Numbered from the stretch's first letter, positions 18,271 through 25,991 are shown. The stretch: 64,000 bases of DNA from Nocardioides sp. (GCA_037045645.1 JBAOIH010000011.1:90208-154207), one strand, 5' to 3'. The notes: generated from the sequence alone by a model not told the origin. Numbers and translations are program-made.

Positions 18271-18671
18271 CGGTCTGGCTCGTCGACAAGTCCGCGCTGG
18301 TGAGGCTGGCATCGACACCCCAGGCCGATGAGTGGGCCACGCGCATCGAACGCGGTCTGGTTGCGATCTCGACGGTGACCCGACTCGAGGTGGGCTACTC
18401 CGCGCGCTCGGCCTCCGACCTCACGCGCGTCTTGGGGGACCCTCCGTTGGGTTCCATGCCGGTGGAGTACCTGACGCCGGCCATGGAGGATCGCGCCGTC
18501 CAGATTCAGCACCTCCTCGCCCGACGAGGACAGCACCGAACTCCCTCGATCCCGGATCTGCTCATCGCCGCCACGGCCGAGCTCAGCGGTAGAACGGTCT
18601 TGCACCTCGATAAGGACTTCGACCTCATCGCCGAGATCACTGGCCAACCGACCGAGCGCCTCCGCCACTAG
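18267..18671 (+). CDS. vapC: PIN-domain toxin (VapC-type)
   Basis: [14 protein letters not shown]..., later acidic residues ([14 protein letters not shown]); 134 aa. Confidence 0.8.
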   Translation: MTVWLVDKSALVRLASTPQADEWATRIERGLVAISTVTRLEVGYSARSASDLTRVLGDPPLGSMPVEYLTPAMEDRAVQIQHLLARRGQHRTPSIPDLLIAATAELSGRTVLHLDKDFDLIAEITGQPTERLRH

Positions 18672-18694
18672 TTGCCACTAGTTGCCACTAGTTG
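18665..18694. repeat. perfect 10-bp tandem repeat CCACTAGTTG x3
   Basis: Read directly from the sequence. The first unit contains the vapC TAG stop, and each unit carries the palindrome ACTAGT. Confidence 0.9.
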
Positions 18695-18725
18695 TCGGTT
18701 CCCAAAGTGGTTGACAAGCGTGTCG

Positions 18726-18992
18726 TCAGTCCTCGCACTCTCGCCCTGGCCCCGCGGGTGCAGGCGGGGTGGCAAGAAGTGGGCCCGCGACGAACGCCAG
18801 AAGCCCGATCACGACGCCGGCGAGTTGAAGCGCGCAGTTTGCAGCAGATTCGGCAATCCCGTGCCTCTCCTGGCTACCCCATCGATTCCAAGCCGAGGCC
18901 AACAGGACCGCGCTCAGCGAGCCATCGAGTGCACCGCGCGCCGTAGTCCCCATCTGGAGGTTGCGGGACGAATGCTGATTCACCTGACGCAA
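18726..18992 (-). CDS. hypothetical small protein with two hydrophobic stretches (may be a gene remnant)
   Basis: The only support is the ORF plus the hydrophobic segments LSAVLLASAW and LAGVVIGLLAFVAGPLL. The region is lower in GC and surrounded by remnants. Confidence 0.2.
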   Translation of the reverse strand: MRQVNQHSSRNLQMGTTARGALDGSLSAVLLASAWNRWGSQERHGIAESAANCALQLAGVVIGLLAFVAGPLLATPPAPAGPGRECED

Positions 18993-19039
18993 TACGCCTC
19001 GAACCTACTGGACACTCTGCGTGTCAAGGGTGGTCGTAT

Positions 19040-19177
19040 TCATAGGAGAAGTGGGCCGCCCCAGCCGTGCGCCGCGAATCCGATGCCCCGCCTTCGACTG
19101 ACACCCGTGACGACTGCTGTCCGTCCGACAAGAGGCAATGACGGCATGAACGAAAGCGTAACGACGCAGTAGGACAT
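19040..19177 (-). pseudogene. N-terminal remnant of a short-chain dehydrogenase/reductase
   Basis: My own translation gives MSYCVVTLSFMPSLPLVGRTAVVTGVSRRRGIGFAA..., followed by an early stop. TGxxxxxGIG is the SDR cofactor motif. GAGAGGAG precedes the ATG. Confidence 0.35.
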
Positions 19178-19182
19178 CTCCT

Positions 19183-19570
19183 CTCATCGAGCCATGAGCG
19201 GACGCTCACGACCACGATGGACAACCTGAATCGCCTCGGCCATGAGGGGCGGGTGGTGAGGGTTCCTCACCACCGTGCTGGGTGGATCTAGTAGCAGTTA
19301 GCACCCTCGGTGGGGGCGATTCGCCACCACCGCAGGTCAACCCCTCAGACCGGTCGGATTCTCGGACTCCGCACCACTCGGTGACAGTCGACAATGACCC
19401 GAACTCACCCAACTCCGCCCGTGGAGAACTTCCAAAATGAGGAGTAAATGACGAATCAATCGAATCCTCGACCCCCGCACGACAACAGCCCCGGCAAACC
19501 TGCAGGTCGACCGGGGTCACAGTGTCGAGATTTGCGCGCCTGTAGGGATTCGAACCCCAAACCTTCTGAT
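19183..19570. repeat. copy 1 of a large imperfect direct repeat (partner 24569-25108), ending in a 36-nt tRNA-Arg 3' fragment
   Basis: Aligned to copy 2 by eye. It shares the hairpin GGTGGTGAGGGTTCCTCACCACC, the GTCAACCCCTCAG block, the TTCCAAAATGA..GTAAATGACGAAT block and the tRNA terminator hairpin. Confidence 0.8.
19535..19570 (-). mobile_element. att-like duplicated 3' portion of tRNA-Arg(ACG), from the anticodon loop to the discriminator
   Basis: Identical to 25073-25108. Identity stops inside the anticodon loop. Confidence 0.75.
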
Positions 19571-19797
19571 GCCGAAATGGCACTTCCTGTCGACTCATCA
19601 CGCGACCTCAAAACCCTGTCTGACCTGGGCAAACACTGGATTCCGCCGGTTTGATGTTGGGTCGTTCTGGAGTGGTTTGGAGGGGGGTTTATGACGAGTA
19701 AATGACAACTCGCGTGTGCCACCGCCTCGGCGGGGCCTGTCCACAGCGCCGCCTCAGCATCGCTCCAGAAGCAGGCGATCCACGTAGACTGGGCCCC

Positions 19798-20025
19798 ATG
19801 ACCGCGGACCGACACGAGTTGCACGAACTCGTCGAAGCGCTGCCCGACGACCAGGTGGCGCTGGCGATTGCGGATGTTCGCCGGCGGATGGAACGCCCTG
19901 CGGCCGACAGCACGTGGCCTCCGGAGTTCTTCGGGATCATCGATGGTGAGGATGCGCCGGCCAACGTGGCGCGCGATGTAGACGGGTTCCTCGCTGGTGC
20001 AGGCTTCGGTCGCGATTCGCTGTGA
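19798..20025 (+). CDS. putative antitoxin of the downstream PIN toxin
   Basis: A 75-aa acidic protein (MTADRHELHELVEALPDDQVALAIADVRRRM...) with a 4-nt overlap onto the PIN gene. The start is placed at the internal ATG 19798. Confidence 0.5.
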   Translation: MTADRHELHELVEALPDDQVALAIADVRRRMERPAADSTWPPEFFGIIDGEDAPANVARDVDGFLAGAGFGRDSL

Positions 20026-20456
20026 TCCTGGTCGACACCGGCCCGTTGGTGGCGGCCGCGATCGTCAAGCAGCCTGATCACCGCGCATGCGTCGATCTAT
20101 TCACTGGCCTTCAACTTGCGGGTCGGCCCCTGCTGGTGCCCGCCACGGTCGTGGCGGAGACGGGCTTCATGCTGGAGAAACTCGGCGGCGTCCATGCCGA
20201 GGCAGCCTTCATTCGGTCGCTTGCGCAAGGGGATCTCGAAGGGATCGATCTCACTGTTTCCGACTACGCGCGGATGGCCGAGTTGATCACGCACTACGAC
20301 GACCTTCCGCTTGGCACGACAGACGCTTCAGTCATTGCCCTGGCTGAGCGATTGGGCGTCACCGAGGTTGCCACCCTGGATCGCCGTCACTTCACGGTGG
20401 TACGCCCACGGCACGTCGGTGCGCTCACCCTGATCCCTGAGGGCGGGCCTGCTTAG
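20022..20456 (+). CDS. PIN-domain toxin (VapC-like)
   Basis: MILVDTGPLVAAA, VVAETGF, GTTDASVIALA and TLDRRHF provide the four acidic PIN positions. Confidence 0.8.
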   Translation: MILVDTGPLVAAAIVKQPDHRACVDLFTGLQLAGRPLLVPATVVAETGFMLEKLGGVHAEAAFIRSLAQGDLEGIDLTVSDYARMAELITHYDDLPLGTTDASVIALAERLGVTEVATLDRRHFTVVRPRHVGALTLIPEGGPA

Positions 20457-20595
20457 CCTCGCGCGCCGCCAACCGGGCCTCGATCGCAGCAAAGACCTCC
20501 TCGCCAGGAATCGTCTCGACACGGCCGCTCAGGATGTCGTCGACCCGATTCGAGATCTCGTCGGCCCACATCGTGTCGACGTGCTGTTGGTCCAT
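20425..20595 (-). CDS. short addiction-module-component-like ORF (orphan, N-terminally shortened antitoxin fragment?)
   Basis: This ORF is not in the track (56 aa). My own translation gives MDQQHVDTMWADEISNRVDDILSGRVETIPGEEVFAAIEARLAAREAKQ..., which resembles the C-terminal half of the 'putative addiction module component' family (W..E...R......G....IP.EEVF). It overlaps the PIN gene 3' end convergently. Confidence 0.4.
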   Translation of the reverse strand: MDQQHVDTMWADEISNRVDDILSGRVETIPGEEVFAAIEARLAAREAKQARPQGSG

Positions 20596-20798
20596 GTCAC
20601 CAATGTAGAAGCCTCACGCTCCACAGCGTGAGTGCACTGTCCCGACTTCTCCGTGGTGATCCATGCACACCTGATGGCCATGACCACCACACCGACCCCA
20701 CCCGGACTCGAACGGTTGCTGACGATCCAGGGGTCACTGCCAGCGGCGCGACGCCCACCGCGGCGACGCATGCGCTGAAGGAGAAGATCGCCGCCGGT

Positions 20799-21233
20799 CT
20801 ACCAAGTGCGCCAGGTCCAGTCGGTGGCCCGATCCAGCCACGGATGGGTCACGCCCAACTGGTGCAGTCGCCCGGCCAGCCCGGCGGTTGGGTTCAACCC
20901 GGGGACGTAGGTCCAGTCCGACCAGTGCGCGGCTCGGGGATAATACTCGATGATCGGGAAGGCCAGAGACACCGCCCCGTCTTGTGCGGCGTCCGAGGCC
21001 AGCCAGTCACATGCGCCCCGAACGAGCTCGTCAACAGCGAGGTTGCCGGAGTCCTCCACTCCACCGCCCCGCCTGACCTCCAAGAGGATGTCGAGAGCAC
21101 GCTCCACGTCGATGGGAAGGCTTGCCGGGCACCGCTTGTCGGGTTCGACGCCATGACCGAATCCCCCGTCTGCGTTGCGGTAAGCCCGGACGGCGTCGAC
21201 TACCCCGGAAGGGTCGTCGCCGTCGAACAACAC
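20799..21233 (-). pseudogene. prenyltransferase/terpene-cyclase-repeat-like protein fragment, probably frameshifted at its 5' end
   Basis: AYRNADGGFGHG resembles the QxxDGGxG repeat. An upstream segment (...IERPNVAAARDGLPFVTEDLLGAARSFLDAREG) reads on in another frame, ending at about 21240. Confidence 0.3.
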
Positions 21234-21465
21234 TACGGCGAGGCGGCGCTCGATGAGCCTTCCCTCGCGTCAAGGAACGACCGAGCGGCACCCAGGAGGT
21301 CTTCGGTCACGAACGGCAGTCCGTCACGAGCAGCCGCGACGTTCGGTCGCTCAATGTTGTGTGCTATTGCTGCGGCCTCGCGACTCACATAGGCAGATCC
21401 GCGCACCCTCGGCGACAGATGAGTGCGATGAGTCGGAGCGGATTTTCGTCAAGGTTCGGACGTGG

Positions 21466-22192
21466 CTACTGCACCCTGGGAGATCCCGGGGGGAACGCGG
21501 CCTCGATCCAGTTGGAGAACTCGCATGCGAGGTGCCAGCGGTGACCTCGGACCATGGTGGGCAGGGTGGGCAAGGGGAACTCGACGGTCAGTCGTGCCTC
21601 GAAGCCCTGTTTGGTCGTGCGGAATTGATGGCGCACGCCGCCGATGGCGGTGCCTTCAGCCGCGCGGGCAACTCCGGCGACCTGCACGGGCCAGGCTGGA
21701 TCGGGTGGGGTGACCAAAGAGGAGACGTCGTCGTAGTCGATGACGAATCGGGCGGCCAGGGGGCTGCCACCAGTGGTCTCGAGGACTTCTTGGCCGTCCG
21801 GTCCCATCCGGATGGCGTAGTGGTCGGGGCAGGCTCGCAGCATGGCCGCTTCGTCCGTGGCGGCGGCGGAAAAGAATTCCTCGAACTCTTCGGCCGTGCC
21901 TGTCGGTGCGACGAGGTCGATGGTGGAGAGTCTCCGCCGGGCGCTCATCTTTGCCTGGATGAGCGCAATCCGGTCACTCCACTCAGTGTCGCGTCTGAGC
22001 CGCCTGGCGATCTCCGTGGCGCCGAGGTCGAAGCTTCTGCTCAAGGAAGGTTTCGCGGCGTAGGTGGACGGCGCCGTCCGGCACGTGGGTGCCGAGCCTC
22101 TTCGATGCGGCGTCGATGCAGTGGTTCTCCCAGGCGAGGAACGCTTCTCGGGTGACGGGTCGGCCGGCGAAGTGTGTCTGGATGGGGAACAT
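21466..22192 (-). pseudogene. frameshifted paralog of 23070-23792 (possible PhlG/DAPG-hydrolase-like protein)
   Basis: The N-terminus MFPIQTHFAGRPVTREAFLAWENHCIDAASKRLG lies in the 22192 frame. The remainder (...FVIDYDDVSS...VRGHRWHLACEFSNWIEAAFP) lies in the 21466 frame. The total length is not a multiple of 3. Confidence 0.4.
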
Positions 22193-22199
22193 TCCCCTA

Positions 22200-22223
22200 C
22201 TATAGCAACTCTAGTTGCTATAG
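22200..22223. promoter_or_regulatory. 24-bp perfect palindromic operator CTATAGCAACT-CT-AGTTGCTATAG
   Basis: 11-bp arms with a 2-bp spacer, located 8 nt upstream of the 22192 start in the divergent gap to the MFS gene. The architecture matches the site at 23820-23843. Confidence 0.5.
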
Positions 22224-22270
22224 GTGAGAGTTGGGTCATCTTCGAGACCGAGGGCCGTGGCAACGCGTTC

Positions 22271-23090
22271 TTGGATCGGCTGCGTGCTCGTCGAGGATTC
22301 GTCACAGTCACTGGGACCTTCGTGTTCGTGATGGCCTTCGCGACTGTCCCGACACCGCTCTACGGGCTCTATCAGGCGCGAAACGGTTTTGCCGAGTTCA
22401 CCGTCACGCTGGCGTTCGGTGCTTACGCGGTCGGTGTCGTCGTCGGTCTGCTTCTGGTGGGGCACGTTTCCGATCGCATTGGTCGGCGTCAGGCGTTGCT
22501 GGGCGGCGTGGCGCTGGAGGTGGCGTGCGCGGGGATGTTCATGTTCCTGGCAGACACGGGCTCTTTGCTCTTCCTCCGCTTCCTGTCGGGTCTGGGCGTC
22601 GCGGCATTTTCGACCACTGCCGCTGCAGCTCTTCCGGAGTTGCATGCGCGGTGGCGCCCACAGGGAGATCCGGCGGTGGCCCACGCGGCCGCGAATGTGG
22701 GCAACCTGGGCGGGCTCGCCGTGGGGCCGGCCGTCGCTGGCGTTCTTCCAACGCGCCGATTCCACTCGTCTTTCCGTACGCCTTCTTTGGCGGCGTGCTG
22801 CTGATCGGACTGGCGCTGACCGTGGGCGGGTTTCTTGCCAGTGCCGGCAACGGCGCAGTGTTCGGGGCCGCCTGGCGACTGTCGCAAACCTTGCCCCACC
22901 AGATCGACGGGGAGAAACGCTTGCGGCACTGTTCGTGGCCGCGTACGTCGGCACCACGGTCCCGGTTGTCGCTATCCGAGCGTTACTCCTGATCGTCGAT
23001 GTCGTGCCGGCAGTCGTGGCCTTCGCTGTCCTCGCAGCCGCAGTCGTCCCACTGGGTGTGGCGCTGCTGCTACGGCATGCTGATGCCTGA
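22271..23090 (+). pseudogene. MFS transporter, multiply frameshifted and shortened
   Basis: Consecutive MFS segments lie in three frames: FVFVMAFATVPTPLYGLYQ...GHVSDRIGRRQALL, then PLVFPYAFFGGVLLIGLAL, then LAALFVAAYVGTTVPVVAIRALLLIV. The total is far shorter than a 12-TM MFS protein. Confidence 0.6.
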
Positions 23091-23792
23091 CTCGCGCGCA
23101 GCTGCATAGATCGGGGGAACAACCTGCTCCGTTCGTCCGGTCTCTTCGATGTTGTGGCGGATCCACTGATGAGCAGTCCTGCGCGAGTAGAGGAAGGGAC
23201 GCAGCAGCCAGTTGAGCACCGGCCCGAGCAGTGGGACCTGTAGGTCGATGAGCGTCTCGCAATGGAAGCTCACACCCCCGGGCACGGGTGCATACCGGTG
23301 CGTGATGCGTCCCCCGACGAGACCCCCGATCGTCAAGATCTCGAAGGTGAACTCCTCGTCGTCGAGACGAACCGTACGCATCACTTGGTGCACGCGATAG
23401 CCGAAATCGTTGAACTGTTCGTCAATGCGACTCAGCGCTCCCACCTGGAAGCCCTTGTTCGGGGGGCCGCTCGGTGCCGATGTGAGAGGCGTGACCGCAA
23501 TGTGGTCGCGATGGTGCCACAGGTGATAGAACGAGATCTCGGGGCCGGTGAAGTCCACGCCGTTCCACGTGGTCGTCCCTGCCATGTTCTCAAACCACCA
23601 CCGCATCATCTGCGGAGTTGCTCCCGCAATGTCGTCATGCTCGATCTGAACCCTCATCGCGCCGCGTGGCGAAATGGAGATGTTGGTCCACTTCGCCGAG
23701 GAGACCGGTTTGAAGGCCAGATCGCCGGATCTGGCAAGCGCTTCACGCGCTGCCAGCCGCTGATCCCGGACCTTCTGACTGAATCTGCGCAT
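23070..23792 (-). CDS. hypothetical protein, possibly DAPG-hydrolase (PhlG)-like metallohydrolase
   Basis: An intact 240-aa ORF. YHLWHHRDH and HQWIRHNIEE resemble the His/Glu metal-site motifs I recall for PhlG-type hydrolases. The family call is tentative. Confidence 0.4.
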   Translation of the reverse strand: MRRFSQKVRDQRLAAREALARSGDLAFKPVSSAKWTNISISPRGAMRVQIEHDDIAGATPQMMRWWFENMAGTTTWNGVDFTGPEISFYHLWHHRDHIAVTPLTSAPSGPPNKGFQVGALSRIDEQFNDFGYRVHQVMRTVRLDDEEFTFEILTIGGLVGGRITHRYAPVPGGVSFHCETLIDLQVPLLGPVLNWLLRPFLYSRRTAHQWIRHNIEETGRTEQVVPPIYAAARESGISMP

Positions 23793-23819
23793 GGTGTCTC
23801 TCTTCCTGGATCAACGCGC

Positions 23820-23843
23820 CTAGTGCAACTGGAGTTGCACTAG
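23820..23843. promoter_or_regulatory. 24-bp perfect palindromic operator CTAGTGCAACT-GG-AGTTGCACTAG
   Basis: 11-bp arms with a 2-bp spacer, between the divergent 23792 start and the TetR gene. The half-site GCAACT/AGTTGC is shared with 22200-22223. Confidence 0.5.
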
Positions 23844-23905
23844 CGCCGTTAAACTAGGGTGTAGAAGTCCTACGACACAATCTCGCCTCCCGGAGTCTCC
23901 ACGCC

Positions 23906-24512
23906 GTGCCGCCAGCCAGCAACCAGAACCGCGAGGCCCGCCGTCGCCCTGGGGGGCGCGCCGCGGTCGTGCGAGCGGCGGTTCGCCATGCAACGTTCAC
24001 GCTGCTCGAGGAAGTGGGCTACGACCGATTTCAGCTTCCCCGACGTCGCGGCCCGAGCGGGAGTGAACAAGACGACCGTCTACCGCCGGTGGCCCACCAA
24101 GCTCGATCTGCTGGCGGAGCTGTTCACCGACCTGACCGCCTCGGAGGCCCCCACGCCGGACACGGGTTCCCTGACTCAGGACATGGAGATCCTTCTACGC
24201 GAGATCTCTGACCTGCTCGATCTCCCAGCAGTACGTGCAGTGCTCGGTGCGTCAATCTCAGGGGCGCGCGATGACGAGTCGATGCGTGCCACGCTCAGGA
24301 CCTTCTGGGACCACCGTTTCAAGCGAGCGTCCGTGATCGTGGAACGGGCCATCGGTCGAGATGAACTACCAGCCGGGACCAACGCGCGGGGGCTCCTCGA
24401 AGCCATCTTCGGACCGCTCTACCTGCGCAAGCTGATCGTGGGCCAAGTCGTGGACGAGGCTTACCTGAAGCAGTTGGCGGCGCTCCGCGTCGGACCGACT
24501 CCGTCTCCCTGA
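23906..24512 (+). pseudogene. TetR-family regulator with a 1-nt frameshift in a T run (24029-24031)
   Basis: The N-terminal HTH part ...VRAAVRHATFTLLEEVGYDRF is in the 23906 frame. FSFPDVAARAGVNKTTVYRRWPTKLDLL... is in the 23988 frame. Removing one T restores GYDRFSFPDVAARAGV. Confidence 0.7.
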
Positions 24513-24568
24513 ACTCCAGCAACACCATTGAGCGCACCACCTCCAAAGGGTCTGTTCTTCCCAACTCC

Positions 24569-25108
24569 CTCATCGAGCGGACGCTCACGACCGCGGTGGA
24601 CAACCTGAACCGTCGAGGCCGCGAGGGGCGCGTGGTGAGGGTTCCTCACCACCGTTCTGGGTGGATCCGACATCAGCGGGGCCTACGGTGGGGCCGATTC
24701 GCCACCACCGCTGGTCTCACGGTTCCGGCGATTCGCCGGGACCATCAGGCTTCCCTAGAGCACCGGACTGATCCTTGTTGGTCATGCCGGTGCCGCCGAT
24801 TCGGCGGGGCCGCCAGGTGGGAGCTGTTGCCGCTGTTGTCCCTCCACCATCCGCCACGGCCGCGGGGCGGTCAACCCCTCAGCCCGTTCGGATTCTCGGG
24901 CTCCGCACCACTCGGTGACAGTCCACAACAACCCGAGCTCACCCGACCAGGCGCCTGAAAAGAACTTCCAAAATGACGGGTAAATGACGAATCGATCGAA
25001 TCCTCGACCCCCGGAACGACAACAGACCCCGGCAAACCTGCAGGTCGGCCGGGGTCACAGTGTCGAGATTTGCGCGCCTGTAGGGATTCGAACCCCAAAC
25101 CTTCTGAT
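24569..25108. repeat. copy 2 of the large imperfect direct repeat (partner 19183-19570), with about 157 extra nt (24712-24868)
   Basis: Aligned by eye. It covers the 3' part of the intact tRNA-Arg and everything downstream of it up to about 56 nt past the TetR stop. Confidence 0.8.
25025..25056 (-). terminator. hairpin downstream of tRNA-Arg
   Basis: GACCCCGGC-N14-GCCGGGGTC, 17 nt after the tRNA 3' end, followed on the minus strand by TGTTGTCGTT. It is duplicated in copy 1 (about 19487-19518). Confidence 0.45.
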
Positions 25109-25145
25109 CCGTAGTCAGATGCTCTATCCGTTGAGCTACAGGCGC
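25073..25145 (-). tRNA. tRNA-Arg(ACG): tRNA-Arg, anticodon ACG
   Basis: Cloverleaf folded by hand: acceptor GCGCCTG/CAGGCGC, D arm GCTC..GAGC, anticodon stem TCTGA/TCAGA with loop CTACGGA, T arm TGGGG-TTCGAAT-CCCTA. CCA is not encoded. Confidence 0.9.
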
Positions 25146-25244
25146 CCGCCCACTCTCGCGAGTGGACTGCACGAGGATAGCCGACCGGCCGACGCCGACC
25201 GAAATCGGGACCGGCCCCTACTCCGAAGAGCCGGGGCCGGTGGC

Positions 25245-25336
25245 TGGCGGAGGCGGCGGGATTTGAACCCGCGAGAGGTTTGACCCTCAACCCGCTTAGC
25301 AGGCGGGCGCCATAGACCGGACTAGGCGACGCCTCC
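25245..25336 (-). tRNA. tRNA-Ser(GCU): tRNA-Ser, anticodon GCU (long variable arm, CCA encoded)
   Basis: Acceptor GGAGGCG/CGCCTCC, anticodon stem CCCGC/GCGGG with loop CTGCTAA, a long variable arm, T arm GCGGG-TTCAAAT-CCCGC. Confidence 0.9.
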
Positions 25337-25400
25337 CCGACAGCGGACACGAGGTTACCCGTCCAGTCGCGGCGCTGACGAATCCGGCCCCGAGTACGAA

Positions 25401-25835
25401 TCAGCGTGCGTGCAGGCGCGAGCGCAGGTCATGCACGAACTCGTTGCGGTCGCCGTCGAGCAACTCGACCGGGATCGTCGTGGACCGACCGTCGCGCAAG
25501 CGGATCACCACGCAGGGCACGCCGTCGACCTCGGCGGTCACGGCGTCCTTGACGTCGGCCCAGCGAGCCGAGCGCACACCGGAGCCCCGGCGCGTACGCA
25601 CGCGATAGCCCACGTCGTCGAAGCGTACGAGCGTGAGGCCGCGGCCGGCGTACGCCGCGACACCGATCACGATGACCAAGCCGAGCAACCCCACCAGCAC
25701 CAGCACCTGCGGGCGGAACCGAGCGAACGCCGCGACCAGGGTCAGCACGACCATGAGTACGCCCACCAACGCAAGCGAGAGGCCGACGATCTTGGCGACG
25801 ATGTGCTTGGCGAGCCGGTAGGTAGTGTCTGGCAC
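25401..25835 (-). CDS. membrane protein with two TM helices and a small C-terminal soluble (PH-like?) domain
   Basis: Hydrophobic stretches IVGLSLALVGVLMVVLTLVAAF and VLVLVGLLGLVIVIGVAAYA. No recognised catalytic motif. Confidence 0.5.
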   Translation of the reverse strand: MPDTTYRLAKHIVAKIVGLSLALVGVLMVVLTLVAAFARFRPQVLVLVGLLGLVIVIGVAAYAGRGLTLVRFDDVGYRVRTRRGSGVRSARWADVKDAVTAEVDGVPCVVIRLRDGRSTTIPVELLDGDRNEFVHDLRSRLHAR

Positions 25836-25899
25836 CCCCGCAGTCTAGGAAACGTTGTGTCTAGACTCGGGGCCGCATCCCCCGAGACGGGGTTGATCA

Positions 25900-25987
25900 G
25901 GAGGAGTGCCGGAGCGGCCGATCGGAACCGCCTTGAAAGCGGTCGTAGGGAGACCTACCGCGGGTTCGAATCCCGCCTCCTCCGCCA
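25900..25987 (+). tRNA. tRNA-Ser(UGA): tRNA-Ser, anticodon UGA (long variable arm, CCA encoded)
   Basis: Acceptor GGAGGAG/CTCCTCC, anticodon stem ACCGC/GCGGT with loop CTTGAAA, T arm GCGGG-TTCGAAT-CCCGC. Confidence 0.9.
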
Positions 25988-25991
25988 CCCG

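Noticed and set aside
24569-25072. The duplicated tRNA-downstream region as a cobalamin riboswitch, tmRNA, RNase P RNA or SRP RNA
   Set aside because: Only isolated resemblances were seen on the minus strand (AGGGAAGCC, ACTGTCACCG). The order and spacing do not match the B12-box architecture. The GGGAAGCC part is missing from copy 1. No tmRNA tag/tRNA-like end, RNase P GAGGAAAGTCCGG motif or SRP motif is present. The question is left open as an unclassified conserved non-coding segment.
16588-25145. An intact prophage, ICE or IS element in the accessory region
   Set aside because: There are no transposase, capsid/terminase, relaxase or type-IV secretion genes. The only recombinase is a frameshifted, truncated fragment. 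The region is better described as decayed island remnants.
19448-25283. ORFs starting MTNQSNPRPP / MTNRSNPRPP (19448-19654, 24984-25283) and the 120-aa ORF 24596-24958, all inside the repeat copies
   Set aside because: They run antisense through the tRNA-Arg sequence and its terminator. The two copies lose amino-acid similarity once indels occur. The composition is non-coding-like.
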